Assembly: GCA_964057225.1 (NCBI GenBank)
Contig: OZ059900.1
Coordinates: 15,810,001-15,874,000 of the forward strand
From: Auanema rhodensis
Lineage: Eukaryota > Animalia > Nematoda
DNA: 64,000 nt
Direction of reading: 5' to 3'
Positions 53,501-64,000 of this stretch are shown here, piece by piece (the first letter of the stretch is position 1; each line of letters begins with the position of its first letter). Both the position numbers and the translations under genes were made by a program. A model generated the notes under the pieces. It did not search any database. It was not told the DNA's origin and worked only from the letters and a program-made list of their open reading frames with translations.

Positions 53501-56500
53501 GACTTACGATTTCATGTGTTCAAACTCATGCAATGTCAATGAAACCTAGCTCAAAATTGTTCCTACAACGTCTAGTTCCACTTTCACGACAACAAAACAG
53601 GGGTTAGAAAATTAAGGAAATTAGCATATTCTGAGGGCACGCCCCTTATGGCTAATATTGATTAAATCGATTTTTGTTCATATGAGTCGTCAAATGCAAC
53701 GAATTTCAGCGTGTTACATACTAAAATGAAGCATTTCACATGCTGAACACTAGAAAAATACAAAAACACAGTATTTCCCATGAGAAATATTTTATTATGC
53801 TGGAAAACCAGTTTTTGGAAATTTCGCTGTAAACAAGGTTTTGACTTACGATTTCATGTGTTCAAACTCATGCAATGTCAATGAAACCTAGCTCAAAATT
53901 GTTATTACAACGTCTAGTTCCACTTTCACGACAAAAAAACAGGGGTTAGAAAATTAAGGAAATTAGCATATTCTGAGGGCACGCCTCTTATGGCTAATAT
54001 TGATTAAATCGATTTTTGTTCATATGAGTCGTCAAATGCAACGAATTTCAGCGTGTTACATACTAAAATGAAGCATTTTACATGCTGAACACTATAAAAA
54101 TACAAAAACACAGTATTTCCCATGAGAAATATTTTATTATGCTGGAAAACCAGTTTTTGGAAATTTCGCTGTAAACAAGGTTTTGACTTACGATTTCATG
54201 TGTTCAAACTCATGCAATGTCAATGAAACCTAGCTCAAAATTGTTCCTACAACGTCTAGTTCCACTTTCACGACAAAAAACAGGGGTTAGAAAATTAAGG
54301 AAATTAGCATATTCTGAGGGCACGCCCCTTATGGCTAATATTGATTAAATCGATTTTTGTTCATATGAGTCGTCAAATGCAACGAATTTCAGCGTGTTAC
54401 ATACTAAAATGAAGCATTTTACATGCTGAACACTATAAAAATACAAAAACACAGTATTTCCCATGAGAAATATTTTATTATGCTGGAAAACCAGTTTTTG
54501 GAAATTTCGCTGTAAACAAGGTTTTGACTTACGATTTCATGTGTTCAAACTCATGCAATGTCAATGAAACCTAGCTCAAAATCGTTCCTACAACGTCTAG
54601 TTCCACTTTCACGACAACAAAACAGGGGTTAGAAAATTAAGGAAATTAGCATATTCTGAGGGCACGCCCCTTATGGCTAATATTGATTAAATCGATTTTT
54701 GTTCATATGAGTCGTCAAATGCAACGAATTTCAGCGTGTTACATACTAAAATGAAGCATTTCACATGCTGAACACTAGAAAAATACAAAAACACAGTATT
54801 TCCCATAAGAAATATTTTATTATGCTGGAAAACCAGTTTTTGGAAAGTTCGCTGTAAACAAGGTTTTGACTTACGATTTCATGTGTTCAAACTCATGCAA
54901 TGTCAATGAAACCTAGCTCAAAATTGTTCCTACAACGTCTAGTTCTACTTTCACGACAACAAAACAGGGGTTAGAAAATTAAGGAAATTAGCATATTCTG
55001 AGGGCACGCCCTTTATGGCTAATATTGATTAAATCGATTTTTGTTCATATGAGTCGTCAAATGCAACGAATTTCAGCGTGTTACATACTAAAATGAAACA
55101 TTTTACATGCTGAACACTATAAAAATACAAAAACACAGTATTTCCCATGAGAAATATTTTATTATGCTGGAAAACCAGTTTTTGGAAATTTCGCTGTAAA
55201 CAAGGTTTTGACTTACGATTTCATGTGTTCAAACTCATGCAATGTCAATGAAACCTAGCTCAAAATTGTTCCTACAACGTCTAGTTCCACTTTCACGACA
55301 AAAAAACAGGGGTTAGAAAATTAAGGAAATTAGCATATTCTGAGGGCACGCCCCTTATGGCTAATATTGATTAAATCGATTTTTGTTCATATGAGTCGTC
55401 AAATGAAACGAATTTCAGCGTGTTACATACTAAAATGAAGCATTTTACATGCTGAACACTAGAAAAATACAAAAACATAGTATTTCCCATGAGAAATATT
55501 TTATTATGCTGGAAAACCAGTTTTTGGAAATTTCGCTGTAAACAAGGTTTTGACTTACGATTTCATGTGTTCAAACTCATGCAATGTCAATGAAACCTAG
55601 CTCAAAATTGTTCCTACAACGTCTAGTTCCACTTTCACGACAACAAAACAGGGGTTAGAAAGTTAAGGAAATTAGCATATTCTGAGGGCACGCCCCTTAT
55701 GGCTAATATTGATTAAATCGATTTTTGTTCATATGAGTCGTCAAATGCAACGAATTTCAGCGTGTTACATACTAAAATGAAGCATTTCACATGCTGAACA
55801 CTAGAAAAATACAAAAACACAGTATTTCCCATGAGAAATATTTTATTATGCTGGAAAACCAGTTTTTGGAAATTTCGCTGTAAACAAGGTTTTGACTTAC
55901 GATTTCATGTGTTCAAACTCATGCAATGTCAATGAAACCTAGCTCAAAATTGTTATTACAACGTCTAGTTCCACTTTCACGACAAAAAAACAGGGGTTAG
56001 AAAATTAAGGAAATTAGCATATTCTGAGGGCACGCCTCTTATGGCTAATATTGATTAAATCGATTTTTGTTCATATGAGTCGTCAAATGCAACGAATTTC
56101 AGCGTGTTACATACTAAAATGAAGCATTTTACATGCTGAACACTAGAAAAATACAAAAACACAGTATTTCCCATGAGAAATATTTTATTATGCTGGAAAA
56201 CCAGTTTTTGGAAATTTCGCTGTAAACAAGGTTTTGACTTACGATTTCATGTGTTCAAACTCATGCAATGTCAATGAAACCTAGCTCAAAATTGTTCCTA
56301 CAACGTCTAGTTCCACTTTCACGACAACAAAACAGGGGTTAGAAAATTAAGGAAATTAGCATATTCTGAGGGCACGCCCCTTATGGCTAATATTGATTAA
56401 ATCGATTTTTGTTCATATGAGTCGTCAAATGCAACGAATTTCAGCGTGTTACATACTAAAATGAAGCATTTCACATGCTGAACACTAGAAAAATACAAAA

Positions 56501-59500
56501 ACACAGTATTTCCCATGAGAAATATTTTATTATGCTGGAAAACCAGTTTTTGGAAATTTCGCTGTAAACAAGGTTTTGACTTACGATTTCATGTGTTCAA
56601 ACTCATGCAATGTCAATGAAACCTAGCTCAAAATTGTTATTACAACGTCTAGTTCCACTTTCACGACAAAAAAACAGGGGTTAGAAAATTAAGGAAATTA
56701 GCATATTCTGAGGGCACGCCTCTTATGGCTAATATTGATTAAATCGATTTTTGTTCATATGAGTCGTCAAATGCAATTAATTTCAGCGTGTTACATACTA
56801 AAATGAAGCATTTTACATGCTGAACACTAAAAAAATACAAAAACACAGTATTTCCCATGAGAAATATTTTATTATGCTGGAAAACGAGTTTTTGGAAATT
56901 TCGCTGTAAACAAGGTTTTGACTTACGATTTCATGTGTTCAAACTCATGCAATGTCAATGAAACCTAGCTCAAAATTGTTCCTACAACGTCTAGTTCCAC
57001 TTTCACGACAAAAAAACAGTGGTTAGAAAATTAAGGAAATTAGCATATTCTGAGGGCACGCCCTTTATGGCTTATATTGATTAAATCGATTTTTGTTCAT
57101 ATGAGTCGTCAAATGCAACGAATTTCAGCGTGTTACATACTAAAATGAAACATTTTACATGCTGAACACTATAAAAATACAAAAACACAGTATTTCCCAT
57201 GAGAAATATTTTATTATGCTGGAAAACCAGTTTTTGGAAATTTCGCTGTAAACAAGGTTTTGACTTACGATTTCATGTGTTCAAACTCATGCAATGTCAA
57301 TGAAACCTAGCTCAAAATTGTTCGTACAACGTCTAGTTCCACTTTCACGACAAAAAAACAGGGGTTAGAAAATTAAGGAAATTAGCATATTCTGAGGGCA
57401 CGCCTCTTATGGCTAATATTGATTAAATCGATTTTTGTTCATATGAGTCGTCAAATGCAACGAATTTCAGCGTGTTACATACTAAAATGAAGCATTTTAC
57501 ATGCTGAACACTAGAAAAATACAAAAACACAGTTTTTCCCATGAGAAATATTTTATTATGCTGGAAAACCAGTTTTTGGAAATTTCGCTGTAAACAAGGT
57601 TTTGACTTACGATTTCATGTGTTCAAACTCATGCAATGTCAATGAAACCTAGCTCAAAATTGTTCGTACAACGTCTAGTTCCACTTTCACGACAAAAAAA
57701 CAGGGGTTAGAAAATTTAGGAAATTAGCATATTCTGAGGGCACGCCCCTTATGGCTAATATTGATTAAATCGATTTTTGTTCATATGAGTCGTCAAATGC
57801 AACGAATTTCAGCGTGTTACATACTAAAATGAAGTATTTTGCATGCTGAACACTAGAAAAATACAAAAACACAGTATTTCCCATGAGAAATATTTTATTA
57901 TGCTGGAAAACCAGTTTTTGGAAATTTCGCTGTAAACAAGGTTTTGACTTACGATTTCATGTGTTCAAACTCATGCAATGTCAATGAAACCTAGCTCAAA
58001 ATTGTTCCTACAACGTCTAGTTCCACTTTCACGACAAAAAACAGGGGTTAGAAAATTAAGGAAATTAGCATAATCTGAGGGCACGCCCCTTATGGCTAAT
58101 ATTGATTAAATCGATTTTTGTTCATATGAGTCGTCAAATGCAACGAATTTCAGCGTGTCACATACTTAAATGAAGCATTTTACATGCTGAACACTAGAAA
58201 AATACAAAAACACAGTATTTCCCATGAGAAATATTTTATTATGCTGGAAAACCAGTTTTTGGAATTTTCGCTGTAAACAAGGTTTTGACTTACGATTTCA
58301 TGTGTTCAAACTCATGCAATGTCAAAGAAATCTAGCTCAAAATTGTTCCTACAACGTCTAGTTCCACTTTCACGACAAAAAAACAGGGGTTAGAAAATTA
58401 AGGAAATTAGCATATTCTGAGGGCACGCCTCTTATGGCTAATATTGATTAAATCGATTTTTGTTCATATGAGTCGTCAAATGCAACGAATTTCAGCGTGT
58501 TACATACTAAAATGAAGCATTTTACATGCTGAACACTAGAAAATTACAAAAACACAGTTTTTCCCATGAGAAATATTTTATTATGCTGGAAAACCAGTTT
58601 TTGGAAATTTCGCTGTAAACAAGGTTTTGACTTACGATTTCATGTGTTCAAACTCATGCAATGTCAATGAAACCTAGCTCAAAATTGTTCGTACAACGTC
58701 TAGTTCCACTTTCACGACAAAAAAACAGGGGTTAGAAAATTTAGGAAATTAGCATATTCTGAGGGCACGCCCCTTATGGCTAATATTGATTAAATCGATT
58801 TTTGTTCATATGAGTCGTCAAATGCAACGAATTTCAGCGTGTTACATACTAAAATGAAGTATTTTGCATGCTGAACACTAGAAAAATACAAAAACACAGT
58901 ATTTCCCATGAGAAATATTTTATTATGCTGGAAAACCAGTTTTTGGAAATTTCGCTGTAAACAAGGTTTTGACTTACGATTTCATGTGTTCAAACTCATG
59001 CAATGTCAATGAAACCTAGCTCAAAATTGTTCCTACAACGTCTAGTTCCACTTTCATGACAAAAAACAGGGGTTAGAAAATTAAGGAAATTAGCATAATC
59101 TGAGGGCACGCCCCTTATGGCTAATATTGATTAAATCGATTTTTGTTCATATGAGTCGTCAAATGCAACGAATTTCAGCGTGTCACATACTTAAATGAAG
59201 CATTTTACATGCTGAACACTAGAAAAATACAAAAACACAGTATTTCCCATGAGAAATATTTTATTATGCTGGAAAACCACTTTTTGGAAATTTCGCTGTA
59301 AACAAGGTTTTGACTTACGATTTCATGTGTTCAAACTCATGCAATGTCAATGAAACCTAGCTCAAAACTGTTCCTACAACGTCTAGTTCCACTTTCACGA
59401 CAAAAAAACAGGGGTTAGAAAATTAAGGAAATTAGCATATTCTGAGGGCACGACCCTTATGGCTAATATTGATTAAATCGATTTTTGTTCATATGAGTCG

Positions 59501-62500
59501 TCAAATGCAACGAATTTCAGCGTGTTACATACTAAAATGAAGCATTTTACATGCTGAACACCATAAAAATACAAAAACACAGTATTTCCCATGAGAAATA
59601 TTTTATTATGCTGGAAAACCAGTTTTTGGAAGTTTCGCTGTAAACAAGGTTTTGACTTACGATTTCATGTGTTCAAACTCATGCAATGTCAATGAAACCT
59701 AGCTCAAAATTGTTCCTACAACGTCTAATTCCACTTTCACGACAAAAAAACAGGGGTTAGAAAATTAAGGAAATTAGCATATTCTGAGGGCACGCCCCTT
59801 ATGGCTAATATTGATTAAATCGATTTTTGTTCATATGAGTCGTCAAATGCAACGAATTTCAGCGTGTTACATACTAAAATGAAGCATTTTACATGCTGAA
59901 CACTATAAAAATACAAAAACACAGTATTTCCCATGAGAAATATTTTATTATGCTGGAAAACCAGTTTTTGGAAATTTCGCTGTAAACAAGGTTTTGACTT
60001 ACGATTTCATGTGTTCAAACTCATGCAATGTCAATGAAACCTAGCTCAAAATTGTTCCTACAACGTCTAGTTCCACTTTCACGACAAAAAACAGGGGTTA
60101 GAAAATTAAGGAAATTAGCATATTCTGAGGGCACGCCCCTTATGGCTAATATTGATTAAATCGATTTTTGTTCATATGAGTCGTCAAATGCAACGAATTT
60201 CAGCGTGTTACATACTAAAATGAAGCATTTTACATGCTGAACACTAGAAAAATACAAAAACACAGTATTTCCCATGAGAAATATTTTATTATGCTGGAAA
60301 ACCAGTTTTTGGAAATTTCGCTGTAAACAAGGTTTTGACTTACGATTTCATGTGTTCAAACTCATGCAATGTCAATGAAACCTAGCTCAAAATTGTTCCT
60401 ACAACGTCTAGTTCCACTTTCACGACAACAAAACAGGGGTTAGAAAATTAAGGAAATTAGCATATTCTGAGGGCACGCCCCTTATGGCTAATATTGATTA
60501 AATCGATTTTTGTTCATATGAGTCGTCAAATGCAACGAATTTCAGCGTGTTACATACTAAAATGAAGCATTTCACATGCTGAACACTAGAAAAATACAAA
60601 AACACAGTATTTCCCATAAGAAATATTTTATTATGCTGGAAAACCAGTTTTTGGAAAGTTCGCTGTAAACAAGGTTTTGACTTACGATTTCATGTGTTCA
60701 AACTCATGCAATGTCAATGAAACCTAGCTCAAAATTGTTCCTACAACGTCTAGTTCCACTTTCACGACAACAAAACAGGGGTTAGAAAATTAAGGAAATT
60801 AGCATATTCTGAGGGCACGCCCTTTATGGCTAATATTGATTAAATCGATTTTTGTTCATATGAGTCGTCAAATGCAACGAATTTCAGCGTGTTACATACT
60901 AAAATGAAACATTTTACATGCTGAACACTATAAAAATACAAAAACACAGTATTTCCCATGAGAAATATTTTATTATGCTGGAAAACCAGTTTTTGGAAAT
61001 TTCGCTGTAAACAAGGTTTTGACTTACGATTTCATGTGTTCAAACTCATGCAATGTCAATGAAACCTAGCTCAAAATTGTTCCTACAACGTCTAGTTCCA
61101 CTTTCACGACAAAAAAACAGGGGTTAGAAAATTAAGGAAATTAGCATATTCTGAGGGCACGCCCCTTATGGCTAATATTGATTAAATCGATTTTTGTTCA
61201 TATGAGTCGTCAAATGAAACGAATTTCAGCGTGTTACATACTAAAATGAAGCATTTTACATGCTGAACACTAGAAAAATACAAAAACACAGTATTTCCCA
61301 TGAGAAATATTTTATTATGCTGGAAAACCAGTTTTTGAACACTAGAAAAATACAAAAACACAGTATTTCCCATGAGAAATATTTTATTATGCTGGAAAAC
61401 CAGTTTTTGAAATTTCGCTGTAAACAAGGTTTTGACTTACGATTTCATGTGTTCAAACTCATGCAATGTCAATGAAACCTAGCTCAAAATTGTTATTACA
61501 ACGTCTAGTTCCACTTTCACGACAAAAAAACAGGGGTTAGAAAATTAAGGAAATTAGCATATTCTGAGGGCACGCCTCTTATGGCTAATATTGATTAAAT
61601 CGATTTTTGTTCATATGAGTCGTCAAATGCAACGAATTTCAGCGTGTTACATACTAAAATGAAGCATTTTACATGCTGAACACTATAAAAATACAAAAAC
61701 ACAGTATTTCCCATGAGAAATATTTTATTATGCTGGAAAACCAGTTTTTGGAAATTTCGCTGTAAACAAGGTTTTGACTTACGATTTCATGTGTTCAAAC
61801 TCATGCAATGTCAATGAAACCTAGCTCAAAATTGTTCCTACAACGTCTAGTTCCACTTTCACGACAACAAAACAGGGGTTAGAAAATTAAGGAAATTAGC
61901 ATATTCTGAGGGCACGCCCCTTATGGCTAATATTGATTAAATCGATTTTTGTTCATATGAGTCGTCAAATGCAACGAATTTCAGCGTGTCACATACTTAA
62001 ATGAAGCATTTTACATGCTGAACACTAGAAAAATACAAAAACACAGTATTTCCCATGAGAAATATTTTATTATGCTGGAAAACCAGTTTTTGGAATTTTC
62101 GCTGTAAACAAGGTTTTGACTTACGATTTCATGTGTTCAAACTCATGCAATGTCAATGAAATCTAGCTCAAAATTGTTCCTACAACGTCTAGTTCCACTT
62201 TCACGACAAAAAAACAGGGGTTAGAAAATTAAGGAAATTAGCATATTCTGAGGGCACGCCTCTTATGGCTAATATTGATTAAATCGATTTTTGTTCATAT
62301 GAGTCGTCAAATGCAACGAATTTCAGCGTGTTACATACTAAAATGAAGCATTTTACATGCTGAACACTAGAAAAATACAAAAACACAGTTTTTCCCATGA
62401 GAAATATTTTATTATGCTGGAAAACCAGTTTTTGGAAATTTCGCTGTAAACAAGGTTTTGACTTACGATTTCATGTGTTCAAACTCATGCAATGTCAATG

Positions 62501-63989
62501 AAACCTAGCTCAAAATTGTTCGTACAACGTCTAGTTCCACTTTCACGACAAAAAAACAGGGGTTAGAAAATTTAGGAAATTAGCATATTCTGAGGGCACG
62601 CCCCTTATGGCTAATATTGATTAAATCGATTTTTGTTCATATGAGTCGTCAAATGCAACGAATTTCAGCGTGTTACATACTAAAATGAAGTATTTTGCAT
62701 GCTGAACACTAGAAAAATACAAAAACACAGTATTTCCCATGAGAAATATTTTATTATGCTGGAAAACCAGTTTTTGGAAATTTCGCTGTAAACAAGGTTT
62801 TGACTTACGATTTCATGTGTTCAAACTCATGCAATGTCAATGAAACCTAGCTCAAAATTGTTCCTACAACGTCTAGTTCCACTTTCACGACAAAAAACAG
62901 GGGTTAGAAAATTAAGGAAATTAGCATAATCTGAGGGCACGCCCCTTATGGCTAATATTGATTAAATCGATTTTTGTTCATATGAGTCGTCAAATGCAAC
63001 GAATTTCAGCGTGTCACATACTTAAATGAAGCATTTTACATGCTGAACACTAGAAAAATACAAAAACACAGTATTTCCCATGAGAAATATTTTATTATGC
63101 TGGAAAACCACTTTTTGGAAATTTCGCTGTAAACAAGGTTTTGACTTACGATTTCATGTGTTCAAACTCATGCAATGTCAATGAAACCTAGCTCAAAACT
63201 GTTCCTACAACGTCTAGTTCCACTTTCACGACAAAAAAACAGGGGTTAGAAAATTAAGGAAATTAGCATATTCTGAGGGCACGACCCTTATGGCTAATAT
63301 TGATTAAATCGATTTTTGTTCATATGAGTCGTCAAATGCAACGAATTTCAGCGTGTTACATACTAAAATGAAGCATTTTACATGCTGAACACCATAAAAA
63401 TACAAAAACACAGTATTTCCCATGAGAAATATTTTATTATGCTGGAAAACCAGTTTTTGGAAGTTTCGCTGTAAACAAGGTTTTGACTTACGATTTCATG
63501 TGTTCAAACTCATGCAATGTCAATGAAACCTAGCTCAAAATTGTTCCTACAACGTCTAATTCCACTTTCACGACAAAAAAACAGGGGTTAGAAAATTAAG
63601 GAAATTAGCATATTCTGAGGGCACGCCCCTTATGGCTAATATTGATTAAATCGATTTTTGTTCATATGAGTCGTCAAATGCAACGAATTTCAGCGTGTTA
63701 CATACTAAAATGAAGCATTTTACATGCTGAACACTATAAAAATACAAAAACACAGTATTTCCCATGAGAAAGATTTTATTATGCTGGAAAACCAGTTTTT
63801 GGAAATTTCGCTGTAAACAAGGTTTTGACTTACGATTTCATGTGTTCAAACTCATGCAATGTCAATGAAACCTAGCTCAAAATTGTTCGTACAACGTCTA
63901 GTTCCACTTTCACGACAAAAAAACAGGGGTTAGAAAATTAAGGAAATTAGCATATTCTGAGGGCACGCCCCTTATGGCTAATATTGATT
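50588..63989. repeat. Domain of recurring multi-monomer blocks (offsets 7862, 3831 and 2051 bp)
   Basis: GCATAATCTG occurs at 51231, 58068, 59093 and 62924. GAAACATTTT occurs at 53044, 55095 and 60906 (also ~57148). The block starting at 50588 recurs at 58450 (+7862, 23 monomers) and partly again at 62281. Confidence 0.85.
61264..61411. repeat. 72 bp perfect internal tandem duplication in an aberrant 413 bp monomer (61184-61596)
   Basis: TGAACACTAG...CCAGTTTT starts at 61264 and again at 61336. TGAA recurs at 61408 because one G of the consensus TTTTTGGAAA is missing. Confidence 0.96.
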
Positions 63990-64000
63990 TAATCGATTTT

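Larger units (their letters stand above)
1..64000. repeat. Tandem satellite DNA array, 340-342 bp monomer, ~187 copies, head-to-tail, open at both window ends
   Basis: The anchor AAATCGATTTTTGTTCATAT recurs at 1, 342, 684, 1026 ... 63648, with a variant partial copy at 63990. Spacing is mostly 341 or 342 bp depending on A6 vs A7 in CACGAC(A)nCAGGGG, and 340 bp when the GCCTCTATGG allele is present. I saw no inversions or foreign insertions. Confidence 0.99.

Noticed and set aside
61182-61427. 81 aa minus-strand ORF
   Set aside because: It lies wholly within satellite sequence. It passes the length cut-off only because of the in-frame 72 bp duplication and the G loss, and it resembles no protein I recognise.
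61260-61475. 71 aa plus-strand ORF
   Set aside because: Same cause. It overlaps the antisense ORF, and the homologous frame is short in all other monomers.
1-64000. CRISPR array or other repeat-spacer system
   Set aside because: There are no unique spacers; the full 342 bp is repeated, and there are no cas or other genes.
1-64000. Tandem MITE or other transposon array
   Set aside because: No terminal inverted repeats, target-site duplications or coding remnants were identified. A remote transposon origin cannot be excluded without a library search.

Overview
The whole 64 kb window is one uninterrupted head-to-tail tandem satellite array: about 187 copies of a 340-342 bp monomer, roughly 34% GC by hand count, all in the same orientation. 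I found no genes, mobile elements, CRISPR spacers or unique sequence. It looks like eukaryotic (peri)centromeric or heterochromatic satellite DNA, but I cannot assign the species or family. Monomers differ by only a few positions, and these variants reveal nested higher-order repeats: 2-, 3-, 4-, 6- and 9-monomer periods, a 7,518 bp (22-monomer) tandem duplication, and larger dispersed block copies. The variants also define regional domains along the array. Two monomers are longer than normal (+27 bp at ~36.6 kb, +72/-1 bp at ~61.3 kb), and their flanking alleles suggest out-of-register fusions of two neighbouring monomers. The second one explains both ORFs in the track, which I treat as spurious. 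Each monomer carries a CENP-B-box-like 17-mer, several short palindromes or hairpins, and weak hints of an ancestral ~170 bp dimer. I see no support for a novel protein-coding system; the interest lies in array architecture and turnover.
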